A stretch of DNA of 64,000 bases, taken from positions 18,938 through 82,937 of IMG/VR virus record IMGVR_UViG_2870609773_000001; one strand, given 5' to 3'. This DNA is from a virus. Taxonomy: Duplodnaviria > Caudoviricetes. Under the pieces are notes generated by a model. That model was not told where the DNA came from, searched no databases, and saw only the letters and a list, made by a program, of their open reading frames with translations. Shown here one piece after another: positions 1 through 9,535 of the stretch (positions are counted from its first letter, which is position 1; each line of letters opens with the position of its first letter). The position numbers were made by a program, and so were the translations under genes.

Positions 1-1093
1 GCCCGTCAGCGGTGATCAGGTCGCCGGGCAGGATCGGCACGGACACGCCCGGAGACGGCACCACACCCTGCGCCTGCACGACAGCGGGCGCCACCGTCAC
101 AGAAGCCGCCACCGCCGGAGCTGGCACGTCAGCCCCAGCATCCACAACGGCCGGGGAGGCGACGGCGTTCTGGATCGCCGTGATCGACGGTGCCGGGATG
201 TCGCCGGACGCCTCCACCACAGCAGGTTCGACGAGTTCAGCGTCCCCGGCGACAACGTTCGGGGCCAACACCTGGGCGGACGCTCCGACGACCGCAGGCG
301 AGGCCGTCTGGTCGGCGTGGATGGCCGGCGCGGGGACCTGCGCCGTCGCGCCCACCACCGCGGGTGACGCCGTCTGCCCTGCCTGAATGGTCGGTGCCGG
401 TACCTCGCCGGCAGCCGCCACCACGGCAGGCGTCGCGGTGGCGTCCACAGATCCCGTCGCCAGGGCGACGGTGAACCCGTGCCAGGCGAGCGGTGCCACG
501 TCAGCAGCGAAGTTGACCGTGCCCGTAGCTGCGCCGGAGGCGAGCGTGCGGCGTGCGCCCGCCTGCATCGTGAAGCCGTTGCCCTGGGACGCCGCACCCA
601 GGTTCGTGAACCCGGCCGGGGTAGCGATCGCGATGAACTGCTCGCCCGTGTTCACCGCGACGTAGCGGATCTCCAGGCTGGCCGCGTCCGGCGGCGTCAC
701 GCCCGGGGTGGCGATGTTGAGGCCCGCAAGCGTCGATACCCCCGCCGACACCGGCGTGCTCGTGGCGGCGTTCTGGATGGCGGCAATGGTGACGTTGGGG
801 CCGAACGTGGACGCGTTGAACGCGAACCCATATGTGGATGGCTCCGACGCCCCGGCGACCTTCCACCAGATCTTCGTCCGGATATCGCTACCGGAGTTGG
901 TGTCGCCGCGCGAGATGAGCAACGTCCACGCCGCGCCGCCGGTCGGCGTCGTCATGTCCGTCAACGCGCCAGTGGTGTCGGACTGCCACGCCAGCAGGAT
1001 GTCGCCCTGCACCGTGCCGGTCGGCCGCGAGCAGTTGACGCTCGGCCCGGACCCGTTGGCCGTGGACACAGACCGGACAGAAGGTGACGCCAC
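1..1093 (-). CDS. Virion appendage/tail-fibre-like protein with Ala/Thr/Pro/Val ~22-aa repeats (3' end beyond window)
   Basis: Manual translation from GTG at 1093 (VASPSVRSVSTANGSGPSVNCSRPTGTVQGDILLAWQ...KIWWKVAGASEP...ATPGVTPP...), open to window edge so absent from the ORF track; resembles domain 2 and repeats of 22033-24975. Confidence 0.8.
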   Translation of the reverse strand, partial: MASPSVRSVSTANGSGPSVNCSRPTGTVQGDILLAWQSDTTGALTDMTTPTGGAAWTLLISRGDTNSGSDIRTKIWWKVAGASEPSTYGFAFNASTFGPNVTIAAIQNAATSTPVSAGVSTLAGLNIATPGVTPPDAASLEIRYVAVNTGEQFIAIATPAGFTNLGAASQGNGFTMQAGARRTLASGAATGTVNFAADVAPLAWHGFTVALATGSVDATATPAVVAAAGEVPAPTIQAGQTASPAVVGATAQVPAPAIHADQTASPAVVGASAQVLAPNVVAGDAELVEPAVVEASGDIPAPSITAIQNAVASPAVVDAGADVPAPAVAASVTVAPAVVQAQGVVPSPGVSVPILPGDLITADG

Positions 1094-1181
1094 ACCCGCC
1101 CCCTTTTCGCTCACAGGACGGGCGGGCATGGAAAGGCCGCCCGCAGGCGGCGACTATGCGCAGGTCAGGTGGTTGACGTTG

Positions 1182-1631
1182 CTATGCGCTGATGACGTTC
1201 ACGCGACCAATTCCGCTGGCGTTGAAGGCCACGAGCAGAGTGCCCGAGGCAGTTGTATAGGCGCTCCCGAAGTCGATCCCGAGAATCAACCTCTTCGGCG
1301 TCTCGCCATCCGCATAGGCGATACCACCCCTGACGCCGGTCAGCGTGCTGTCGGTCCACTGGACGTCGTTGCCGTCCCACGTGGCGAACGTGCCTCCGCT
1401 GGTCGTGACGGTGAACGTGGCGGACGCGATCGCCAGGCCGCCGGCTGTGTAACCGGTGCCGGTGATTTCGCCGCTCGTGCTGTACGACTGGTCGGTCGCG
1501 AAGTTCGGGGTGACCGTGTTGTCGTACAGCGCCAGCTTGTGCGTGTCGTCGTCCAGGTCGAGCGTGAACTGGGCGACGCCGAGCGCGTCCACGATCGTGT
1601 CGGCGTACCAGCCGCTAGCGGTCCATGCCAT
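1182..1631 (-). CDS. Phage virion structural protein (fibre/appendage-base-like), paralog of 25054-25515
   Basis: KLALYDNTVTP...SGEITGTGYTAGG motif shared with the 153-aa ORF. Confidence 0.8.
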   Translation of the reverse strand: MAWTASGWYADTIVDALGVAQFTLDLDDDTHKLALYDNTVTPNFATDQSYSTSGEITGTGYTAGGLAIASATFTVTTSGGTFATWDGNDVQWTDSTLTGVRGGIAYADGETPKRLILGIDFGSAYTTASGTLLVAFNASGIGRVNVISA

Positions 1632-1896
1632 GGGAGACCGGCCCTCCGATCCTGATCGTCGCGTCCCTGCCGGGCACTCCCTCGGGCGGACGGCCGACCG
1701 TGCGCGCCCACTCCCGGAAGCCGCGCATCTCGGCCTTGGCCGTCTTCAGCGCGGCCACCGCCTCGGCCTGCTGCTCACCTGTGGCGTCCTTCACGGCCTG
1801 CTTGGCGGCGGCGAGACGCTGCTCGTAGCCCTCGCAGACGTCCAGGAACTCCAGGCCCCGCCGCGCGTGCATCGCCGCCACTCGTGCGCTGGTCAC
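1615..1896 (-). CDS. Small helical protein, paralog of 25518-25742
   Basis: EQRLAAAKQA...RPPEGVPGRDA vs ETRLLDAKQS...RPEGMAVGGDA; coupled to neighbours. Confidence 0.7.
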   Translation of the reverse strand: MTSARVAAMHARRGLEFLDVCEGYEQRLAAAKQAVKDATGEQQAEAVAALKTAKAEMRGFREWARTVGRPPEGVPGRDATIRIGGPVSHGMDR

Positions 1897-2171
1897 TGGA
1901 ACCTCTCCCAGTTCACGAGGTGGGCGGGGATCTGCCCGACCACGGTCTGCACGTTGAGGATCTTCACGTCCTGCGCTTCGCCCTCACGCCCGACCCGGCG
2001 GCGCCGCACCCGGTTACCGAGCTGGTCCGTCACCACCTGCACCAGACGGCCCCGCTCGTCGCGGAACTCGCGCCGCTGGTCCTGTGTGGCGGCGGTGCGA
2101 CCGCCGCGGATGTGCTGGACCGACCTGAGCCGGGCCAGGTCCGCCGCCGTAGCGGCGATAAGTCCGGGCAT
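1893..2171 (-). CDS. Hypothetical 92-aa basic protein
   Basis: ATG at 2171 with GGAGG RBS; overlaps next start (GTGA). Confidence 0.7.
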   Translation of the reverse strand: MPGLIAATAADLARLRSVQHIRGGRTAATQDQRREFRDERGRLVQVVTDQLGNRVRRRRVGREGEAQDVKILNVQTVVGQIPAHLVNWERFQ

Positions 2172-2210
2172 GCCGAACCGCCTCCCTTGCTGAAAGGTGT
2201 GGGAAATGAC

Positions 2211-2241
2211 GAAGCCCCGGACCGCGCCGGGCCGGGGCTTC
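2211..2241 (-). terminator. Hairpin immediately after tape measure gene
   Basis: GAAGCCCCGG / CCGGGGCTTC perfect 10-bp stem, T-rich tail on minus strand. Confidence 0.6.
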
Positions 2242-2253
2242 CGAGATGAGGGG

Positions 2254-5200
2254 TTACGGGCCCTTGGAGCCGAGACGCGAGTACAGGCTGGCGGCCACCC
2301 GGTCGACGTCCGCTTGCTCCCTGACGACCATGTCGCCCAGGATCTGCACCAGCGAGCCGCCCTTGGAGACGGTGGACGAACCACCGCCCGCCGAGCTGCT
2401 GCCGCTGTTGGACGAGCCGCCGCCGTACGACGACGCCGGCATCTGCTGGGGAGCAGACACCCGAGAAGCGTTCACCGGCGTCCCGTAGCTGATCGCCGAG
2501 TAGGCGCCGGGCGTCCAATCCGGCGTGCCCGACGACCCATAGTCGCCCTCGATCATGTTGGACGGCTTCTTCGACCCGGCCTTGCCGGTGATCTGCTGCG
2601 CCTTCTTCGCCAGCAGGTCCAGCGCCGACTTCACCGCCGACGACGGCTTACCCGACGATCCCGCCTTGCCGCCCGTCTGTGCAGCGGCAAGACCGAGGAG
2701 CAAGTCCTTCACGGACGCGGTCAGTCCATCCACTGAGGTGGACATGACCTCGACGCTGTCGGCCGTGACCGTGGCCACGTTGCTGATCGAGTCCTGCAAG
2801 ACGTCCGAGCCCGCGATCCACGACTGGTTGAGCTGGTCCGCCGTGGAGCCGACCTTGGTAATCGACGACGTCAGCGAGCCCGTCTGACCCATCGTGGACT
2901 GCAGGGATCCCATGACGCCGGTGAGCCCGTCAGCGATCACAAGCCCTGAGTCGTCGATGGTGACACGCAGGTCCGACAGCCCGCGGGCCGCCTCCTGGTT
3001 GTTGAGGCTGAGCCCGAAGTCGTTCGCCACCTGCGCCAGCAGGGCGATCGCCCGATCCCGGTACTTGGTCTCGTACGGGATGAACGCCTCAATGTCCGCG
3101 CCCTCGCCATACAAGATCGTCGGCTGGCTGGCGATGTTCGGTGGCGTGCTCCTCCCGCCCGCAGCGAACTCCTGGAGACCGCCAGCGGCGTACTTGAAGA
3201 TGCCGCCCGCTCGCGCCGGCTTCTCCTGCTTGGCTGTCAACGCGACAGCCAGGGAGCGGTTGCCGACCTTCTGCACGAACCGCTCGAACGCTGCGATGGC
3301 CTCATCCGTTTTCAGGCCCAGCTTCACGTAGATCTCGCGGTTCTTGAACTTGTCGAGCACCTCCTGGAAGTCCTTCGCGGACTTCATCGCCTTCTCCGCG
3401 TCAGACCTGGAGATCCCGTACGCCTCAGCCAGCTTGAGGACCCTCTCGCGCGCCTCGCCCGACTTGCCCGCGAGTTCGCCCAGGCTCGGCAACTGGCGGA
3501 GGATGGCTTCCTTCGCCTCATCGCTCTTGACGGCGGCTTCGCCGGTCTTGCCCGCCATCTCACCTGCAGCCTTGGCCGCCGCCTGCACCTTTTCGATGTA
3601 GCCAGCGAACTGGTCGCGCGCCTTGATGACGGCTTCCCTCTGCTTATCGGTCATCTGCGAGGTGAAGTCCAGCTTGCCGCCCGCTTCGGCGATCGCCGTC
3701 TTGGCCTCGTTGAAGGCGTCCTTCAGTTCGAGCGTCAGCCGGGCCGTGTCGGTCTTGGCGTTGTAGATGTCGAGCGACTCGTTCAACGCCTGCATCGCCA
3801 CAGCGGTCGGATCCACCTCGACCTTGAGCGTGGACATGGCCGACGCCATCTCACCAGTGCGCGGGATCGTGCCGTCCAAGGTCGCCGCGTACTCGGGGAA
3901 CAGCTCCCGGAGCTTGTCTATGGGCGTGCCGGCGGCAGCGGCCTGGCTGGCGAGCCGGTTGAACGCGCTGGCCGCCTGGTCGCCCTGACCGTTCGCCACC
4001 ATGGTCGCCAGCGCCTGGTCGATGTTTTCGATCGACTGTTTGCCGTTGTCCAAGGTGATGATGTCGAACGAGTCGATGAACCCCGCCACCTGGTTGCCGG
4101 CGATGTTGAACCAGTTGTCTGACGCCAGCCGGGCTGCCGAGTCGCCGAACGTCTCCATCGCTGAACTCAGGCCGGACATCTTCGGGCCGAGCTGGTCCAG
4201 CAGTTCCCCTGCCGGCGCGCCACCCTTCCCGAAGTCGGACAGCCCCTTCGAGAGCTTGTCCAGGTCAGGGTTTAGGCCGTAGATGGCGTCACCGAGCTGG
4301 TCCATGGCGACAGCGGTCCCTGCCACCGCCGCGGCGATGAGCCCGCCCTTGCCGAACACGCCACCCAGCGCGGACAGTTTGCCCTGGGCGCCACCTGCGG
4401 ACTTGCCGGCCTTGTCGATCCCTCCGGACAGGTTCTGGAAGAAGCCGACCGCTCCGCTGACGGCCTGGTAGCCCTTGACGGCGGCGATGGTGAGGCCGAT
4501 GGCGACGGCGAGCGCCTCGATCTGCTCGGGCGACATCTTCGACAGGACGTCAGCCAGTAGCACGAGCGCGCCCAGCTTGATGGTGGTGCCCAGCTTCGCC
4601 GCGGCGAAGATCAAGCCGACGCCCTTGGCGATGGCTTCGATCTGCGCCGGGTCCATGCCGGCGAGCCGCTCGGACAAGACGACCATGAAGTCCAGGACGC
4701 CTGGTCCGAGGTCCGCGCCGACGTCCACGATCTTGCCTGCGAACGTGGCCAGGTTGCCGAAGATCTCGGCGACCTTGGGCCCGTTCTCCTGCACGTAGGC
4801 GATGAACTCCTCGAATTCCGGGCTTCCTTCGAGGTTCTCACCCCACGACTCGAACCGCTCCGTCAGCCGGACCACGATGTCCAGCAGGTCATCGCTGTAC
4901 GGCAGCAGCGCCTCGAACACGCCTCTGAGGCCGTTGCCGACGTTGATCGCCGAGTCGCCCAGCCGGTCGATCGTGCCCGGCGCGGTCGCGGCCAGGTCGT
5001 CGAAGAAGGACCGCCACTCCTGCGTCTTCAGCTCGGAGTTGAGTTCCTTCAAGAAGCCGTTGAACGCCTTCGAACTGGACTTGATGACCGGCGTGCTGAG
5101 TTCCATCCCGGTCCGCATCAGGTCCATGCCGGAGCGGATCACCGGGAACACGTCCGGCTGGAGTGACCTCTGCCATTTGACGTAGGAGTCCTGGAACGCC

Positions 5201-6498
5201 TTGACGTCCCTGGCGAGCGCCTGCTCAGCCTTGGACAGTTCGGCGAACTTGCTGGCCGCAGCGCCCGCCGCGCTCCCTGTCTGCTGCGTTGCGGCCTTCT
5301 GCTGAAGCTGCAGCACCGTGAGCTGCTTCTGCGCCTCGGCGAGGTCCTGCTGCGACTTGAGCAGCTTGTCCTGGGCCGCCCGAACCTGGGCGCTGCCTTC
5401 GATGCCCTTCTTGTCCGCTTCAGCCTTGTCCTCGCGGAGCCGCTTCGTGCGTACCTCTTGCTCGTCCAGCCGCGCGATCGCCTGCCGATGAGCCAGTTCG
5501 GCGCGGCGGATCTCCAGGTCGGTCGACTCGTCGTCGGCGCGCACCTCGGCCAGCCGCCTCGCCGCCTCCTCCACTGAGAGAGCCGCGTCCTCCTCAGCGA
5601 GAGCAGCGTCCCGGACAGAAAACGCGAGGTCCTCGTTGGCCCGCTTGGCGTCCTTGCGTGCCCTGGTCAGATCCTCTTGGGCCTGCTTGACGGCCTTCTG
5701 GGCGTCGGCGACACGGCGCTCGGCCTGCTCCAGTTGGAGGGCTCGAGACGCCGCCTCCGCAGCGGACTGGGCGGCGCTCTTGGTCGCACCGCCCGCGCTA
5801 CCAGCGGCGGTCGCTTGCTGCTGGAGCGCCTCGTTGATGCGACCCAAACTGGGGACGGCCACGGCGGCGAACCCGGCCGCTCCTACGCCCGCCGCGGTGA
5901 AGGCGCCGCCGAGCGCGCCCACGCCGACCGCGAGAGTCGTCACCGCCGGCAAGCTGGCCAGCGCCGCGCCGACCATGGCAATGCCCGCGAGTGCCCCGCC
6001 GACATCCGCATCCACCTTGACACGGCCCGACCGGCTGGACACTGACGTCATCGACGCCTCCAGCGACCGCAGATCTCCCAGCGCCCGCGTCGTGTCCACT
6101 CGGACCTCGATGTCGGCTGAGGACCGGTTCAGATCCTCCAGGTCCCGCTGGATCGCAGCAATCTCGGTCTTGGCGGCGCCAGCGTCGAGGTCAACACCGA
6201 TCGTGCGTGACGACAGGTCCGCCATACGACGCTGCAACTCAGCGAGGCTCGCCTGAGCCTGCGCGGTGTCGACGTCTGGCCGGATCGGGTCGCGGCGGTC
6301 CCGTAGCTTGGCTAGGTCCCGCTCAAGTTGCAGAATCTTCGCCTGAGCGCTGACCGCATCGATGTTGACGGGCAGCGGTTTGCCGAGCGAGTCGCGGAAC
6401 TTGCTCGCGGCGAGGGCAGCCTTGCTCATCTCGGTGACGAACGGCTTGACATCGCCCTTCAGAACAACCGTTACGGACCTGTCGGCGATCGGGCTCAC
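2254..6498 (-). CDS. Tail tape measure protein
   Basis: 1414 aa, Ala-rich helical/coiled-coil, downstream of tail chaperones, typical C-terminal AAGG...EAFIP motif. Confidence 0.93.
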   Translation of the reverse strand: MSPIADRSVTVVLKGDVKPFVTEMSKAALAASKFRDSLGKPLPVNIDAVSAQAKILQLERDLAKLRDRRDPIRPDVDTAQAQASLAELQRRMADLSSRTIGVDLDAGAAKTEIAAIQRDLEDLNRSSADIEVRVDTTRALGDLRSLEASMTSVSSRSGRVKVDADVGGALAGIAMVGAALASLPAVTTLAVGVGALGGAFTAAGVGAAGFAAVAVPSLGRINEALQQQATAAGSAGGATKSAAQSAAEAASRALQLEQAERRVADAQKAVKQAQEDLTRARKDAKRANEDLAFSVRDAALAEEDAALSVEEAARRLAEVRADDESTDLEIRRAELAHRQAIARLDEQEVRTKRLREDKAEADKKGIEGSAQVRAAQDKLLKSQQDLAEAQKQLTVLQLQQKAATQQTGSAAGAAASKFAELSKAEQALARDVKAFQDSYVKWQRSLQPDVFPVIRSGMDLMRTGMELSTPVIKSSSKAFNGFLKELNSELKTQEWRSFFDDLAATAPGTIDRLGDSAINVGNGLRGVFEALLPYSDDLLDIVVRLTERFESWGENLEGSPEFEEFIAYVQENGPKVAEIFGNLATFAGKIVDVGADLGPGVLDFMVVLSERLAGMDPAQIEAIAKGVGLIFAAAKLGTTIKLGALVLLADVLSKMSPEQIEALAVAIGLTIAAVKGYQAVSGAVGFFQNLSGGIDKAGKSAGGAQGKLSALGGVFGKGGLIAAAVAGTAVAMDQLGDAIYGLNPDLDKLSKGLSDFGKGGAPAGELLDQLGPKMSGLSSAMETFGDSAARLASDNWFNIAGNQVAGFIDSFDIITLDNGKQSIENIDQALATMVANGQGDQAASAFNRLASQAAAAGTPIDKLRELFPEYAATLDGTIPRTGEMASAMSTLKVEVDPTAVAMQALNESLDIYNAKTDTARLTLELKDAFNEAKTAIAEAGGKLDFTSQMTDKQREAVIKARDQFAGYIEKVQAAAKAAGEMAGKTGEAAVKSDEAKEAILRQLPSLGELAGKSGEARERVLKLAEAYGISRSDAEKAMKSAKDFQEVLDKFKNREIYVKLGLKTDEAIAAFERFVQKVGNRSLAVALTAKQEKPARAGGIFKYAAGGLQEFAAGGRSTPPNIASQPTILYGEGADIEAFIPYETKYRDRAIALLAQVANDFGLSLNNQEAARGLSDLRVTIDDSGLVIADGLTGVMGSLQSTMGQTGSLTSSITKVGSTADQLNQSWIAGSDVLQDSISNVATVTADSVEVMSTSVDGLTASVKDLLLGLAAAQTGGKAGSSGKPSSAVKSALDLLAKKAQQITGKAGSKKPSNMIEGDYGSSGTPDWTPGAYSAISYGTPVNASRVSAPQQMPASSYGGGSSNSGSSSAGGGSSTVSKGGSLVQILGDMVVREQADVDRVAASLYSRLGSKGP

Positions 6499-6627
6499 CT
6501 CCGATCGAAGGGGCCCAATCCCAGCGGAATCAGTGGCCTACAGACGTTCCGTCGTGGCACGGTGCAAACCGCGTCACCTTCAGGCGCGTCTACTCCGCGC
6601 CTCCATCTACTTCCTCAGGAGCCACTC

Positions 6628-7101
6628 ATGCAGCCATGGCAGCAATCCGGCCCGCAGCAGCCCCCATCGCAGCCGTACGGGCCGCCACAGCAGCCGCCGA
6701 ACCCGTACGGGCAGCAGTACACGCCGCAGCAGCAGCCGTCCTACGCGCCCGCCCCGGCGGGGCACGCGGCGCCGCGGCGCGGCCAAGGGTTAGCGATCAC
6801 GACAGTGGCGCTTGGCCTGGTGGCCGTGCTGCTGGCGCTGACTACGCTGCGAGGCGTCGGCCTCGCCGTAGCGCTCGTCACCGCCATCCTCGCCACGATC
6901 GCGTTGGCGGCGAAAAGCCAGGGCGGCACATGGTTCGCCGTCACCGGGCTCGTCCTGTCGATGCTGTCGCTGCCCGTCGCGTTCCTGGTGTGGACGCTTT
7001 CCGCCGAGCCTGCTCAGTCGGACGCGGAGCGGCAGAAGGCGTTGCAGGAGTGCATCGCGAAGAACCCGGAGAAGGTCCTCGAATGCGCCGGCTGGGAATG
7101 A
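6628..7101 (+). CDS. Counter-oriented membrane protein (Pro/Gln-rich N-terminus, ~3 TM segments), moron-like
   Basis: ATG 6628 with AGGAG RBS; hydrophobic stretches; C-terminal Cys pair. Confidence 0.8.
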   Translation: MQPWQQSGPQQPPSQPYGPPQQPPNPYGQQYTPQQQPSYAPAPAGHAAPRRGQGLAITTVALGLVAVLLALTTLRGVGLAVALVTAILATIALAAKSQGGTWFAVTGLVLSMLSLPVAFLVWTLSAEPAQSDAERQKALQECIAKNPEKVLECAGWE

Positions 7102-7524
7102 TCAGGTTCTGACCAGCGCCTTCTTCACCTTGAGGTACACGCGGAACAGCAGGCCGGGCGGAGACTCCGTGTACTCCGACTTCCGGTGCTCCAAGGGCGT
7201 GCAGGCATGGCACCGCATCGGGGGCGGCGCCTCGTACCTTCCCTCGTTCTCCGGGTCGGTCGTCTCGCTGAGCGGCAGTCCGCACCCCGGACACTTGTCG
7301 AACTCGTTCCTCCGGTGCGCCTTCGCGTACCCGAGGTCCTCGTCCGTCCACTCCGGATCGTGAGTGGTGACGGCACGTACCAGCCGGCCGTCCTCGTACT
7401 CGTACACGGTGACCGAGCGGCGTTGCCGCCCCAGGAGCACCGACCGCGGCACCCGGTAGGCCGCGGCGAGCGCTACTTCTTCGGCGAGTTCTGGAGAGCT
7501 TCGGAGGCTCTCCTGGATTTTGGG
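7102..7524 (-). CDS. Tail assembly chaperone frameshift extension (gpGT-like)
   Basis: -1 frame open from the slippery site CCCAAAA through ORF 7102-7452. Confidence 0.75.
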   Translation of the reverse strand, partial: PKIQESLRSSPELAEEVALAAAYRVPRSVLLGRQRRSVTVYEYEDGRLVRAVTTHDPEWTDEDLGYAKAHRRNEFDKCPGCGLPLSETTDPENEGRYEAPPPMRCHACTPLEHRKSEYTESPPGLLFRVYLKVKKALVRT

Positions 7525-7997
7525 ACGTCAACCCCGGACCGGTTGAGCCCCCACAGCGTCTGGAACAGGTCGTTCCACTGGCCCGTCGACATGGCGTCCA
7601 CGAGTTTGCCGGCCTGCTCCTCGCTCATCGCCGGGTCGACCGCGCACGCCGCCAACAGACCCGGCCCGAACGTCTCGCTGTTGAAGGCGCCGTCGTTGTC
7701 GTTCCCCTCACGCGGCGGATACTTGGCCAGCAGGTCCATCCACGTCTTGTGAGTGACCGCACGAAGCTTGATCGCCACCGTGTGGGCGGCCATCTCCGCT
7801 TCCAACTCCTGAACACGGGACGCGAGCTGGCGCACTTCGCTGGAGTTGCCCGCGAGCGAATCCCGAGCCTGCAGTTCGGCGCGTGCGAGCTTCTGCTCTA
7901 CCTGCTCCCACTCGCCCTGCAGGTCCGCCCGGGTGCACAGATTGAAGGTCCGCTCGGGCAGACGCATCTGCCCGAGCAGGTCGTCGATCGACGTCAT
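7473..7997 (-). CDS. Tail assembly chaperone (gpG-like)
   Basis: Position between major tail and tape measure; slippery heptamer near 3' end. Confidence 0.85.
   Translation of the reverse strand: MTSIDDLLGQMRLPERTFNLCTRADLQGEWEQVEQKLARAELQARDSLAGNSSEVRQLASRVQELEAEMAAHTVAIKLRAVTHKTWMDLLAKYPPREGNDNDGAFNSETFGPGLLAACAVDPAMSEEQAGKLVDAMSTGQWNDLFQTLWGLNRSGVDVPKSRRASEALQNSPKK
7518..7524 (-). other. -1 programmed ribosomal frameshift site C-CCA-AAA
   Basis: X XXY YYZ heptamer in frame in the chaperone (GTC CCA AAA); -1 frame has no stop until 7102. Confidence 0.75.
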
Positions 7998-8485
7998 CAG
8001 GCGGCAACCAGCGCGTCAGCGTCAGCGGTGGTGTGGTTGAACAGCTTCGACACGAACCGCTGAGCGGCATTCAGCTCAGGCGGCTGCATGTTCGGCCGAC
8101 CGCACCGGACCGGGTACACCTCGACGTTCTGGCCCGCGGCGTACGCGGTCTCGTGCGCCATATTGCGGCGCACCACCAGGTAGCCGAGTTGCCGGTCCAC
8201 GAGCGTGTCCCAGCCGATGTCCTCGACCGCGACTTCCTTCCGCTTGACCGTCAGCTCGATCGAGTACTTGACGGTCCCCGCGTCCTCCGTCTCATCCCGG
8301 GAGGCCAGTGCGGTGTTGTCCACCGCGGCCTGCTCCGGGCTGATGCCGAGACCGTCCTTGGTGATGAACTCCTGCAGGTCCACGCCCGCGTTCAGCTCGG
8401 CAGCGGTCGGGGCGGAAATGTTGGCGATGGTGAGGCAGAACGTCACCTTGACGTTGCCATCACCGAGAAGGTCAGCGCCAGCCAT
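7997..8485 (-). CDS. Major tail (tube) protein
   Basis: APTAAELNAGVDL...GQNVEVYPV motif typical of actinophage tail tube proteins; position. Confidence 0.85.
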   Translation of the reverse strand: MAGADLLGDGNVKVTFCLTIANISAPTAAELNAGVDLQEFITKDGLGISPEQAAVDNTALASRDETEDAGTVKYSIELTVKRKEVAVEDIGWDTLVDRQLGYLVVRRNMAHETAYAAGQNVEVYPVRCGRPNMQPPELNAAQRFVSKLFNHTTADADALVAA

Positions 8486-8488
8486 GGC

Positions 8489-8698
8489 CTACTCCTCATC
8501 CTTCGTGGCCGCGGCGCGGCGCGTAGCAGTGGTGGTCTTGGGGGTGTCCGCCTCGGCAGGCGACGCAGGGGCGGGCGATGCCTGCTCAGGGGTGGCGTCG
8601 ACCGGCTCGTAGTCGGGGAAGTGACGCAGCGCGTCCGGGGAGACCAGCGCGGTGTGGCCGGTCAGCTTGGAGCGGACGCGGACAGTGGGGCGGGCCAT
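8489..8698 (-). CDS. Small hypothetical protein (DUF7302-like position before the tail tube gene)
   Basis: ATG 8698 overlapping upstream stop; 69 aa. Confidence 0.6.
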   Translation of the reverse strand: MARPTVRVRSKLTGHTALVSPDALRHFPDYEPVDATPEQASPAPASPAEADTPKTTTATRRAAATKDEE

Positions 8699-9030
8699 CA
8701 GATGCGCACCGCCGCGAACGTCACGCTCGTCACCGACGAGCAGATGAAGGTGACCAGGCGGCCATCGCTTGGGTCGCCGAACTCCGGCAGCATTGGGATC
8801 CACATCTCGGCGCCGGTGCCGATCGTGTACGCCTTGTCCGGGTTGTCCACCAGGTAGGCGGTCTGGCCTGCGCCGGAGATGGTGCAGGTGATCGACCCGC
8901 CGGAGCCGTTCTTGACGTGGATGAACGTTCGTGAGTCGGCGAGGACCTTGTCCCCGGTGGTGGCGGTCGCAGCGTGGTAGGTCGGCGTGACGCCGGCCAC
9001 CGTGACCGCCTGAGCTGTGCGGGTAGCCAC
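8698..9030 (-). CDS. Small beta-rich virion protein
   Basis: GTG with RBS AGGAG; MATRTAQAVTVAGVTPTY...; in neck/tail cluster. Confidence 0.7.
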   Translation of the reverse strand: MATRTAQAVTVAGVTPTYHAATATTGDKVLADSRTFIHVKNGSGGSITCTISGAGQTAYLVDNPDKAYTIGTGAEMWIPMLPEFGDPSDGRLVTFICSSVTSVTFAAVRI

Positions 9031-9100
9031 TACGGGCTCCTTTCGGGCATGCCAAAGAGCCCGCACACCTCGGGTGCCGGGCTAAGTCAGGTGAAGTGGG

Positions 9101-9535
9101 TTAGGCGGGCTGCGAGCGGAACGCGATCTCAACAACCGCCATGAAGGTGGGTGGAGTCACGGACTCGTCCCGTCTCACAGGTGGCCCGCCAGGGGTGCGG
9201 ACCGGGTAAGTGGATCGGCTGGGCACAGTGAGGCGGCGGCCGATCAGGGCGGCACGTACGTCGTCGGCCGCGTCCTCGACCTGGGTGGCGTTCGCGCCGA
9301 ACAGGTTGATCTGCGCCTGGTAGTCGAGGTACTCGTACGGCTCGGACACGTTGCCGTCCGGGATGCCGCCGAACGGGTAGACGACGGCGTACCGGATGAA
9401 GGTGGACGTGCCGGGGCTCCCTTGCCAGCCTGCCCCGTCTGGCCGGCGCGCTCGGCCGACCAGCATGGGGATCGCCTGGATGGCGGCCACTACCGCGTCC
9501 GTGTGGGGTGTGGTCGCGGCGATGGGGATGGTCAT
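9101..9535 (-). CDS. Tail terminator (DUF3168-like)
   Basis: YAVVYP...YQAQINLFG motif; position after gp10-like gene. Confidence 0.75.
   Translation of the reverse strand: MTIPIAATTPHTDAVVAAIQAIPMLVGRARRPDGAGWQGSPGTSTFIRYAVVYPFGGIPDGNVSEPYEYLDYQAQINLFGANATQVEDAADDVRAALIGRRLTVPSRSTYPVRTPGGPPVRRDESVTPPTFMAVVEIAFRSQPA

Noticed and set aside
708-1655. Long plus-strand ORFs opposite structural genes (e.g. 708-1655, 12278-13972, 17844-19334, 35461-37728, 52222-53961)
   Set aside because: Antisense shadows expected at ~70% GC; no motifs, Arg/Gly/Pro-rich, unlike the nested HNH which has a clear catalytic motif
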